From a virus: a stretch of 29,901 bases of DNA. Below, one piece after another: positions 14,751 through 22,796 of this stretch. Each line of letters starts with the position of its first letter. Positions within the stretch are counted from its first letter, which is position 1. The position numbers and the translations under genes were made by a program. The notes under the pieces are model-generated. The model saw nothing but the letters and a program-made list of their open reading frames with translations. It ran no database searches and had not been told where the DNA came from. The DNA is taken from positions 1 to 29,901 of the IMG/VR virus record IMGVR_UViG_3300038312_000093; one strand, 5' to 3'.

Positions 14751-14961
14751 GATTAGCGAAAAGGCGAAAGAGCTTTTGGAGAGCACGGTTAAGAACGCTA
14801 TTGCGTACGGTCAAGAAAAAGGCAACCCTTTTGGGCTTGTAAGTACTTACGAGGCTATGTTCAGGCTTGATAAGAGTGAGCTTGAACACTACATCGCCAC
14901 CCTCGAAGCCGAAAACCGCGCGCTAAGACACTCACTGGAGTTGCGGGAGTGTGAGGAATGA
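14743..14961 (+). CDS. hypothetical protein (72 aa)
   Basis: It overlaps the upstream stop. It shares the YIATLEAE peptide and a 26-nt repeat with the upstream gene. Confidence 0.5.
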   Translation: MSEISEKAKELLESTVKNAIAYGQEKGNPFGLVSTYEAMFRLDKSELEHYIATLEAENRALRHSLELRECEE

Positions 14962-15311
14962 ACAAAAAAGAAACAGAAGAAAAAATAGTTAACCAGTTCG
15001 AAAAAACAGTCAACCAGTTTGATAATGCAGTTTATAACGAGCGTATCAACAGAGGAAAAAACGGGTACAGTTACCACATGGAAGAGTATTACAGAACTAG
15101 AGAAAAAATACTCCAAACAGGAAACATGTTATCAAAAACAATTGACTTGCTAGAAAAAACAAAGCAAAACCTAAGTAAGGCATTATTGACTTGTGAGTTA
15201 CTTGTTCCACACAGCGAAGCGTTTCAAACCTTACTCAAAAGACGCATTGGACAAATTGATGAACTCGTAAAAGAAGCCGGTCAAGAGTTTAACTATAATT
15301 GGAAACCATAG
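14958..15311 (+). CDS. hypothetical coiled-coil protein (117 aa)
   Basis: ATGA overlap with the upstream gene. The protein is K/E-rich and helical. Confidence 0.5.
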   Translation: MNKKETEEKIVNQFEKTVNQFDNAVYNERINRGKNGYSYHMEEYYRTREKILQTGNMLSKTIDLLEKTKQNLSKALLTCELLVPHSEAFQTLLKRRIGQIDELVKEAGQEFNYNWKP

Positions 15312-15321
15312 GAGAGAATAC

Positions 15322-15876
15322 ATGGAAAAGAGCTACGTTCTAGAACGCAACCAAACCACGATTAGACTAAAAATAGCTGATGAAATTTTAGACCGGTTCG
15401 TGTTATTGTTCGAAATTGCCAGAGATACACAATTCACAATCGGCGACTTGTTAGAGGAAGTTATCCAAGCACACAGCCCACTATTCAGCAAGCAACAGAT
15501 TGTAAATTACATTGCAGGACATTTAAGAGTATCACCCGGGACATTGTACGACTATCACCGTATCGCAATGTTATGGACACCAGACTGGAGAGCGCAATAT
15601 CAAAATCTTGACTGGACGTTTTACCGCATGATTGACCCAACAGACCCGGACGATATCGAGCTACTTGAAACCGCCATTGATGAGGGCTGGAACGTCACCA
15701 CGCTGAAAGAGGAAAAGTACCCTATCCTAAAATCAGCAGACAGCCTGTTAGGACGCATAATATCACTATGCCGAAAAGCAATTGAAGCAACAGACATTGA
15801 TGAATTTGACCGGAACGCAATTGTCAAATTCCTTGATGAAATAGAAACAACAGAGACAGGAGTAAACAATGAGTAA
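15322..15876 (+). CDS. hypothetical protein with a possible HTH segment (184 aa)
   Basis: RBS is GGAGAGAATAC. QIVNYIAGHLRVSPGTLYDYHRIA looks HTH-like. No confident family. Confidence 0.5.
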   Translation: MEKSYVLERNQTTIRLKIADEILDRFVLLFEIARDTQFTIGDLLEEVIQAHSPLFSKQQIVNYIAGHLRVSPGTLYDYHRIAMLWTPDWRAQYQNLDWTFYRMIDPTDPDDIELLETAIDEGWNVTTLKEEKYPILKSADSLLGRIISLCRKAIEATDIDEFDRNAIVKFLDEIETTETGVNNE

Positions 15877-16237
15877 ACAAGAAAACCCATGGATTGACGC
15901 AAGTAAAAAACCGTTATTCCAACTGAGCGAAGCAAGAGACACAAGAATCATCAACAACAATGGAGAACGTCAAAGAACAGAGGACATCATCATCCTGTAC
16001 TTATTCGTTGACGAGCTGAAACCCGGAGCATCAATTGATACAGTCATGTGGCGTTGGAGTCTTGGCGTTTATTATATTGACGAAATGAGGTATCGAAGCG
16101 ATGACGGAACTGAAATCAAACTTGAAAATAGTGTTTGGAAATGGAGCAAACCTAACATGCAACAACATCAAGTGTATATTACAGCGTATATGCTAGTTCC
16201 AGAAGTAGACGGTATTGATTGGGATTTTATACCATGA
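15869..16237 (+). CDS. hypothetical protein (122 aa)
   Basis: It overlaps the upstream stop. The N-terminal NPWIDASKKP is weakly DUF551-like. Confidence 0.5.
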   Translation: MSKQENPWIDASKKPLFQLSEARDTRIINNNGERQRTEDIIILYLFVDELKPGASIDTVMWRWSLGVYYIDEMRYRSDDGTEIKLENSVWKWSKPNMQQHQVYITAYMLVPEVDGIDWDFIP

Positions 16238-16461
16238 GAAAATTAGCGTTTTCAAACAGAGCAGAATTCAAGAATTGGCGGTCATACAATTGCGATAAAT
16301 GTAAGAAAGCATGGACACCAAAAAGCAAAGATTTTATAGGCGATTGCCAAATAGAATTCCTACTCGATACAAGTCAACGTATTACAGAAAAGCAAATCAA
16401 AATCACCAACATTGGAACACAGGAGCGTTGTTCGTTATTCGAAGCACGAACCGATGAGTAA
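16234..16461 (+). CDS. hypothetical protein (75 aa)
   Basis: ATG 16234 forms an ATGA overlap with the upstream stop. It contains a CDKC pair. Confidence 0.45.
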   Translation: MRKLAFSNRAEFKNWRSYNCDKCKKAWTPKSKDFIGDCQIEFLLDTSQRITEKQIKITNIGTQERCSLFEARTDE

Positions 16462-16471
16462 GTCGGTATAT

Positions 16472-16479
16472 GGTAGAAT
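16472..16479 (+). promoter_or_regulatory. possible extended -10 promoter (TGgTAGAAT)
   Basis: TGGTAGAAT lies in the 54-nt gap before the VRR-NUC gene. There is no convincing -35. Confidence 0.25.
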
Positions 16480-16515
16480 GTAAAAAGCAAGTCAAATGTT
16501 AGGAGAGAATATTTT

Positions 16516-16881
16516 GTGAGTGAACATAGCGAACAAGTAGCCCTATTCGAAGCATTACAAATCCATTCAAAGAAAGAGCCCATGTTACAGTGGGCTTTTG
16601 CCATTCCAAACGGATTTTATTCAACGCCGGCACAAAAAAGAAAGATGCGAAATGAAGGATTGAAACCCGGAGTATGGGATATATTCATACCAATACCGAC
16701 ACACCGTTACAACGGAATGTTTATTGAAATGAAATTCGGAAGAAATACACTCTCAACACCACAAATTGAATTTTACAAATTCGCCAAAGAACACTATTGC
16801 ATGGTAGTTGCATACACTTGGTTAGAAGCCTATAAAGCAATATGCGATTACCTTGAAATAGAGCCATATTTTGAAATGTAA
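16516..16881 (+). CDS. VRR-NUC domain nuclease
   Basis: GTG start 8 nt after AGGAGAG. SEQVALFEAL...AIPNG...GLKPGVWDIFIPIP...GMFIEMKFGRNTLSTPQIEF matches the E..V / PNG / G.PD / E.K...L...Q layout of VRR-NUC. Confidence 0.75.
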   Translation: MSEHSEQVALFEALQIHSKKEPMLQWAFAIPNGFYSTPAQKRKMRNEGLKPGVWDIFIPIPTHRYNGMFIEMKFGRNTLSTPQIEFYKFAKEHYCMVVAYTWLEAYKAICDYLEIEPYFEM

Positions 16882-16890
16882 GGAGAAAAC

Positions 16891-17409
16891 ATGAATATTC
16901 CGCAATGGCTTAAAAACATGGAAAGGTCAAAGCCACAATCCGAAGAACAGCTAATTGAATTAGCGATACAAATTGCGAAGCGAAATGTACAAAATAATAC
17001 AGGCGGTCCATTCGGAGCAGCAATTTACGATAAAAACAAAAAACTACTAAGCGTGGGAGCAAACCTTGTAATAAGAAACAACTGTTCGTTACTCCACGCA
17101 GAAGTTGTAGCAATTCTGCTGGCACAGAAAAAACTTAAGACATATGACCTAAGTGCGGTAGGTGCAGTTCTAGCAACATCAGCAGAGCCATGTATTATGT
17201 GCCAAGGAGCAATTTACTGGTCAGGAATAACAAAAGTTATTTATGCAGCTAGTACACAAGATGTCGAAAAGATAGGTTTTAAGGAAGGGAATAAATTACC
17301 AATCGAAAAGGCGTTGAAAAACATCAGCATTGTTCAACTAGCGCAAGAAAAAGCAATCCAAGAAAGCTTAAATATTTACAAAGGACCAATATACAATGCA
17401 GATATATGA
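16891..17409 (+). CDS. CDA-fold zinc deaminase, guanine-deaminase-like
   Basis: The motifs are HAE (aa 69-71), PCIMC (aa 100-104) and an N-terminal GGPFGAAIYDK. A C-terminal helical extension resembles B. subtilis GuaD more than dCMP deaminase or TadA. This is from recollection only. Confidence 0.7.
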   Translation: MNIPQWLKNMERSKPQSEEQLIELAIQIAKRNVQNNTGGPFGAAIYDKNKKLLSVGANLVIRNNCSLLHAEVVAILLAQKKLKTYDLSAVGAVLATSAEPCIMCQGAIYWSGITKVIYAASTQDVEKIGFKEGNKLPIEKALKNISIVQLAQEKAIQESLNIYKGPIYNADI

Positions 17410-17521
17410 AAATAGAATTATAGGGTCTAAAAAAGTAAAAATTGATGAAATTTTATTCAATCCACAAAACTGGCGCACACATCCACACTTTCAAGAAAAG
17501 GCATTAGAAAGGAAAAAACCC
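17396..17521 (+). pseudogene. remnant of a ParB-like nuclease-domain N-terminus, in frame with the downstream transporter
   Basis: KVKIDEILFNPQNWRTHPHFQEKAL matches the ParB-N pattern (I..L.pNP.N.R.H...Q...L). It then breaks off after ~40 aa into the transporter ORF. Confidence 0.5.
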
Positions 17522-18190
17522 ATGAAAAACAAAGAAAGAAACATAGTCCTTATAATTGTCACCTTAATCGGAATATACATTGCTTCGCAGGCGATAGCGG
17601 ACGTTGCAGCGACCCGAATGATTCAAATCGGAAAAATCGTATTACCCGGTGGCGTACTCATGTTCGCATTAACTTTCACTTTGCGAGACTTTATTCATAA
17701 GCGATTAGGTAAAAAATGGGCACGAGCAACAGTCATCATGGCAGCAGTAATGAATGTCTTCCAACTAGCGTACCTGTATTTTATCGGCAAGCTAGACGCG
17801 CCTGTATTTTATGGTTTCAATGAAGAATGGCGAAATATCTTTGCTATTGTCCCAGCTGTGTCAATCGCCAGTATTGTAGCTGAAGTATCCAGTCAGCTAA
17901 TTGATACCGAAGTGTATCAATTCATTATGGACAAATATCCAAAATTACCGCAGATATTCAGAGTATTAATATCAAACTTCATCGCCTTACCATTCGACTC
18001 GTTAATCTTTGCGTTACTCGGTTTTGTTATTTTGCCACAATTGTTTGGCAGTACAAGTTACACATTTATTGACGCAATAGCATTGACATCAGGACAGATT
18101 ATTTACAAAGCGATAGTGACCATTTTATCTGCTCCAGCCATTTATTTAATCAAAGACGAACAGATAAAGGTGTCCTTAATGACAGAATAG
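17522..18190 (+). CDS. yhhQ: VUT-family transporter, YhhQ-like (queuosine/7-deazaguanine precursor transporter)
   Basis: 222 aa from ATG 17522, with ~6 hydrophobic helices. By-eye collinearity with E. coli YhhQ: FALTFTLRDFIHKRLGKKWAR, SQLIDTEVYQF, ALPFDSLIFALLGF and IIYKAIVTILSAPAIY. Confidence 0.8.
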   Translation: MKNKERNIVLIIVTLIGIYIASQAIADVAATRMIQIGKIVLPGGVLMFALTFTLRDFIHKRLGKKWARATVIMAAVMNVFQLAYLYFIGKLDAPVFYGFNEEWRNIFAIVPAVSIASIVAEVSSQLIDTEVYQFIMDKYPKLPQIFRVLISNFIALPFDSLIFALLGFVILPQLFGSTSYTFIDAIALTSGQIIYKAIVTILSAPAIYLIKDEQIKVSLMTE

Positions 18191-18194
18191 TGGC

Positions 18195-18569
18195 ATGACA
18201 ACACCAAAAAAAGAGCGACGAAAGAAATACACCAACGCTGAAATCAAAAATGCGTTAATAAAAACGAATGGTTATATCACCTTAGCCGCTCGAATGTTAG
18301 GTTGCGAACCCAAAACCATTTATAGACGACTGGACAAAACGGAAGCATTAAGACAAACCCTCAAAGACATCAGAGAACAAGAACTTGATATCACGGAGCA
18401 GAAGCTACACCAAGCGATTTTGAACGGAGAGGCATGGGCTATCACCCTAAAGCTAAAAACACTTGGCAAAAGCCGTGGATATACAGAGCGAACAGAACTA
18501 ACAGGGCAAGGAAATAAGCCTATAACTTTTGTACTCCAACGCCATGAACCAGAACCAGAAGAAGATTGA
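18195..18569 (+). CDS. terS: terminase small subunit (N-terminal HTH)
   Basis: NGYITLAARMLGCEPKTIYRRL is HTH-like and a coiled region follows. It is immediately upstream of and overlapping terL. Confidence 0.65.
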   Translation: MTTPKKERRKKYTNAEIKNALIKTNGYITLAARMLGCEPKTIYRRLDKTEALRQTLKDIREQELDITEQKLHQAILNGEAWAITLKLKTLGKSRGYTERTELTGQGNKPITFVLQRHEPEPEED

Positions 18570-19701
18570 CCTATACCCAGCGCAATATGATTTTGTGGTT
18601 TGCGAAGATAACCTAACCGGTTTTGTTGCCGGTATCGGAGCAGGAAAAACGTATGCCGGAGCATTGAAATCCGCAATATACTCCAACCGTCCCGGGTTAG
18701 GAATGATAGTTGCCCCAACCTATGGCATGCTTAGGGACAGCACGCTTAGAACGTTCATGGATTTAGCCGGAGAAGCAATCGTTGACGAAGAACGGTCAAG
18801 TATGACATTATTCACCACAGGTGGCGGTGAAATCCTGTTACGGTCAGCAGACAACCCTGAAAAACTAAGAGGTCCAAACCTGAACTGGATATGGATTGAC
18901 GAGGGTGGACTAACAAAAGAACTCACATGGCAAATCTGCATTGGTCGTTTACGTGCCGGCGGTAAGTTTGGTCATCTTTGGGTCACCACCACACCCAAAG
19001 GCAAACGGAATTGGGTTTACAAAATATCAAAAGAAATGAAAGTATTCCGGGCAACAACTTTTGACAATCCGTTCACCTCACAAGCATGGCAACACCAGTT
19101 GACCCAATCCTACGTTGATGACTTCCTACGTCAAGAAGCGTACGGAGAATTCGTATCGTTCGAGGGTTTGATATACTCTCAATTCCAACCAGAACACATT
19201 GTCAGACGAGACCTGACACTGCTTGGAGAATTCGACCTTGGCGTTGATGAAGGTTACACCAACCCGGCGGTCATACTCAAAGTTTACAGTGACAATGACG
19301 GTGGCTACCACATTGCAGAGGAGTGGTATGAACGTGGCAAATTACAATCCGAACAAGTCGACAACGTAGTAAGAATGGCTGACAACCAAGACCCGGACAT
19401 CGGAGTAGATAGTTCAGCCAAAGGGCTAATCGCAGCCATTCGAAATGAGGGATTAAGAGCCAGAGGAGCGACTGGTCGTGTCTTACAGGGAATAAAAAAC
19501 ATTCAAGAGCTGCTGGCAAATGGTAAAATCACAGTAGACCCGTCTTGCGTAAGAACCATTGCCGAGTTTGAAAGCTACCAATGGAAACCCGGAACAGACG
19601 AGCCACAAAAAGAGAATGACCACGCTATGGACGCTTTAAGGTACGCTATCAACAAAAAGAAAGACAGCACACCACAAAAAGCACAGCAAAGGAGATACTA
19701 A
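18544..19701 (+). CDS. terL: terminase large subunit
   Basis: Walker A is GIGAGKT and Walker B is WIWIDEG. C-terminal nuclease-type acidic motifs are present (DEGYTNP, DHAMDALRY). The ATG at 18544 is preferred over the TTG at 18529; neither has a strong RBS. Confidence 0.85.
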   Translation: MNQNQKKIDLYPAQYDFVVCEDNLTGFVAGIGAGKTYAGALKSAIYSNRPGLGMIVAPTYGMLRDSTLRTFMDLAGEAIVDEERSSMTLFTTGGGEILLRSADNPEKLRGPNLNWIWIDEGGLTKELTWQICIGRLRAGGKFGHLWVTTTPKGKRNWVYKISKEMKVFRATTFDNPFTSQAWQHQLTQSYVDDFLRQEAYGEFVSFEGLIYSQFQPEHIVRRDLTLLGEFDLGVDEGYTNPAVILKVYSDNDGGYHIAEEWYERGKLQSEQVDNVVRMADNQDPDIGVDSSAKGLIAAIRNEGLRARGATGRVLQGIKNIQELLANGKITVDPSCVRTIAEFESYQWKPGTDEPQKENDHAMDALRYAINKKKDSTPQKAQQRRY

Positions 19702-19702
19702 A

Positions 19703-21016
19703 ATGAACCCAGACGTGAAATTATGTTTTGACCTAATCACCAAAAACGCCAGCGAAGCGAACTTGTACTTTAACTATTACAATGGCAAACACCAGCTAAC
19801 GTTTTCAAGCCAAAAAATGAGAGAGATATTCAAGACATCCGAATTGCAATTTACTCAAAACTGGTGCGCAGCAGTAATCGAAAGTACAGCGGACAGGTTG
19901 ACGTTGCAGGGTTGGGATAATCCAACAGAAGAACTTGACGACAGACTTGACACGTTTTACACCAACCGCAAGTTGCAAACACTAAGTCGCCAAGTCCACA
20001 AAGACGCAATCATCACCGGCAACGGATATGTTTTACTTGACATTGTGGACGGAGAGGTCATGCTATATCGCAATGACCCAAGAACAATCTGTGTCATTTA
20101 TTCTGAGGAACGACCTGATGAAAAACGAGTTGCAGCCAAACTATACAAAGTCGAAAACACCCGAAAATTAATCCTGTACTATCCAGACTATATCCAAATA
20201 TACGAAGCATCAGCTAGGAGCGAAAATACCGCTAATTTCAAGCTTACAGAGGAACTTAGAACGGACGGTATTCCACTTGTCCACTTTAGAGCTATGCCGG
20301 AGCTAAGAAACATCATTCCATTGCAAGACGCTATCAACAAGATTTACAGCGACATGATGGTGGTTAGTGAGTTCAATGCTTTCAGACAACGTTACATTGT
20401 TACCAACGCTGATATTTCAAGCCTTGAAGCAAGCCCTTCGACTATCATGCGAATACCAAGAGGGGAAACAGACGGAATGGAAAATACCCAAGTGGGCGAA
20501 TTCAGCGCAGCTGATATCGGACAATACCTTGACACTATCGACAAACTAACGAACGCAATCGCTATTATCAGCAGAACGCCAAAGTATTATTTTATGAGTA
20601 CAGGAGCGAACGTATCAGGTGAAACGCTTATGGTCATGGAAGCACCGCTAGTCAAAAAAATAAAGCAATTGCAAGAAAGCTTCGGTCAGTCATGGCTTGA
20701 CTTGGCACGTTTAGCAGTAGTCGATGATGTTGCAACAGTCGTAACTTGGGAACGTCCTGAAAGCACGCAACCATTATCAATCGCACAAGCGCAACAGGCG
20801 CAAGTCAGTATTGGTATTCCACTCGTTACCGTTTTACGCAAAGACGGTTGGAGCAAGGACGAAATCGACCAACTAAAGCAAGACCGTATCGAGGAACAAA
20901 AGTGGCGTTTTGACAGTTCAGAATTGGCATTACAGGCAGCTATGCTAAGGGAGCGTCAAGCCAACAACCCACTTGAACCAACCCTAACCCAAACTGAAAT
21001 TGGAGAAGCCGAATAA
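19703..21016 (+). CDS. portal protein (SPP1 gp6-like)
   Basis: 437 aa directly after terL. RBS is AAAGGAG. The N-terminal YYNGKHQL...FTQNWCAAVIES..DRL is typical of SPP1-type portals. Confidence 0.85.
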   Translation: MNPDVKLCFDLITKNASEANLYFNYYNGKHQLTFSSQKMREIFKTSELQFTQNWCAAVIESTADRLTLQGWDNPTEELDDRLDTFYTNRKLQTLSRQVHKDAIITGNGYVLLDIVDGEVMLYRNDPRTICVIYSEERPDEKRVAAKLYKVENTRKLILYYPDYIQIYEASARSENTANFKLTEELRTDGIPLVHFRAMPELRNIIPLQDAINKIYSDMMVVSEFNAFRQRYIVTNADISSLEASPSTIMRIPRGETDGMENTQVGEFSAADIGQYLDTIDKLTNAIAIISRTPKYYFMSTGANVSGETLMVMEAPLVKKIKQLQESFGQSWLDLARLAVVDDVATVVTWERPESTQPLSIAQAQQAQVSIGIPLVTVLRKDGWSKDEIDQLKQDRIEEQKWRFDSSELALQAAMLRERQANNPLEPTLTQTEIGEAE

Positions 21017-21018
21017 CC

Positions 21019-22149
21019 GTGGCAGAAGAACCAACAGTTGTAAGACTAGCAAGGCAATTTAAGGCAAATATTGAGCACGGAGAACGCCTTATAGTCCAAA
21101 GCATGGCTGATACCTATGTAAACACTTACGGACTGTTAAATGACACGATTTTACGCTTAGCGAAAGAGATAGAAAACTTACCAGCCAGCGTACAAGGAGA
21201 GTTGCGAGAGCAATGGATAAGAGAACTGCACTATTACCAACGCTTACAGGCATTGACAGCTGAACAAATACCGCAGTACTCACGCATTGCAGAAGATTAC
21301 ATCAAAAGAGAACAAGAAAAAGTGGTACTCCAAGGACTTGCTGACGCTGACACACTCATGCGATTTAGCATTGACCCATTAGGCAAGAACAGGTACACAC
21401 AATTACCAACAGAGCCATTAACATTTCTGAAAGGCGTATTAGGTCAAGAGCACGACCGCCACCCACTTGGCAAGTTACTAGACAGCATTGACGGAAACTT
21501 TGCGTCACACCTTGACAAAATCCTATTCAACGGGCTTGCAATCGGCAAACCAACAAGTATAGTTGCGCAAGAACTAATGAACGCATCATCAATGCCATTG
21601 TCAAGAGCGACAACCATTGCAAGAACGGAATACAACCGGGCGTATAGAATTAGCACAGCCGAACGTTATCGCCAAAGCCCTTGGGTAAAATCCTACAAAC
21701 GTATTGCCAGTAAGCAAGGAGCTTGCATGGCTTGTTTACTGCTTGACGGAACAGAATACCCTATCAATGTATTAGAAGACCACCCGAACGGAGCATGCGC
21801 AATGGTACCGGTTGTTACAGGCGCAACGCCACCAGAATGGGAGTATGGCAAGGACTATTTTGAAAAACTATCACCAGACGAACAACAAGAAAGAATGGGC
21901 AAATACTATTGGAAAGCATGGAAAGCCGGAGAGTTTGACCTAACCGACATCATTGGCAAACAGCATAGCCCAATATGGGGAAATAGTCCTAAAATCAAAG
22001 CACTAAGAACACTTGTACCGGACTGGCACAAGAAGTATTTTGAACTTCCACCAAAGAAACTAAAACCACCAACCGCACCACCTACACCAAAGGCAAGCCG
22101 GTCACCAAAAGAACACCAGAGGGCGACAGGAAAAATGCGTTATACCTAG
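21019..22149 (+). CDS. minor head / head morphogenesis protein (Mu F / SPP1 gp7 family)
   Basis: ARTEYNRAYR...SYKRIASKQGACMACLLLDGTEYP matches the MuF core. It follows the portal. The GTG start is uncertain. Confidence 0.8.
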   Translation: MAEEPTVVRLARQFKANIEHGERLIVQSMADTYVNTYGLLNDTILRLAKEIENLPASVQGELREQWIRELHYYQRLQALTAEQIPQYSRIAEDYIKREQEKVVLQGLADADTLMRFSIDPLGKNRYTQLPTEPLTFLKGVLGQEHDRHPLGKLLDSIDGNFASHLDKILFNGLAIGKPTSIVAQELMNASSMPLSRATTIARTEYNRAYRISTAERYRQSPWVKSYKRIASKQGACMACLLLDGTEYPINVLEDHPNGACAMVPVVTGATPPEWEYGKDYFEKLSPDEQQERMGKYYWKAWKAGEFDLTDIIGKQHSPIWGNSPKIKALRTLVPDWHKKYFELPPKKLKPPTAPPTPKASRSPKEHQRATGKMRYT

Positions 22150-22198
22150 AAGCCTGTAAAAGAATTGAAGAATGGAAAAGCAAAAATAACAAATAATA

Positions 22199-22207
22199 TG
22201 CTACAAT
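22199..22207 (+). promoter_or_regulatory. possible extended -10 promoter (TGcTACAAT) ahead of the scaffold and capsid genes
   Basis: TGCTACAAT lies 20 nt upstream of ATG 22227 in a 77-nt gap. There is no good -35. Confidence 0.3.
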
Positions 22208-22226
22208 AGAAAAGGAGATAGAAATC

Positions 22227-22781
22227 ATGAGCGATAAAGAAACAGACGCAAAAGAAGTTGAAACTAATCCAGAGGAAAAGGAAACGACTTCGCCAACATT
22301 CGGCACGTTCGCAGAGTTTTTGAACGCCCAAGACGAGAGTGTCCGGGCATTATACGAAAGCGAAACATCAGGACTAAAATCAGCACTTGACAAAGAACGA
22401 GAAAGCCGAAAGCAAGCCAACGAGATGATTAATAGTTTGCGTCCGTTAGTCGAAAAAGGTTCAGAAGCCGAGAAGCAACTGAACGAAACGTTATCCACCA
22501 TGGAGCAACTAAAAGCACAAGCTGAGCGAGATGCCAGACGTGCTAATTTTGCAGAGCAAGCAATTGCACCAGATGTCAATTGCATCAACATCAAAGCAGC
22601 GTTCGCACTAGCCAGCGCAGAAAATCTGTTCGATAAAGACGGTGTCCCAAATTGGACGGAGTTGAAAAAGCTCGCACCCGAACTGTTTGGCTCAAAAAGG
22701 AGCAACCATGCCGGAGCAGTCGGAGAACCAGTAGAACAAGGCATGAATCAACTAATCCGTGAAGCAGCCGGATTTAAGTAA
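22227..22781 (+). CDS. capsid scaffolding protein
   Basis: The 184-aa protein is acidic and helical (SALDKERESRKQANE...QLKAQAERDARRANF). It lies between the MuF and capsid genes. Confidence 0.75.
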   Translation: MSDKETDAKEVETNPEEKETTSPTFGTFAEFLNAQDESVRALYESETSGLKSALDKERESRKQANEMINSLRPLVEKGSEAEKQLNETLSTMEQLKAQAERDARRANFAEQAIAPDVNCINIKAAFALASAENLFDKDGVPNWTELKKLAPELFGSKRSNHAGAVGEPVEQGMNQLIREAAGFK

Positions 22782-22796
22782 AGAAAGGACACCGAA

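Noticed and set aside
22082-22744. 220-aa minus-strand ORF
   Set aside because: It is antisense to the scaffold gene and the end of the MuF-like gene. It is S/A/L-rich, and every neighbouring gene is on the + strand with good RBSs.
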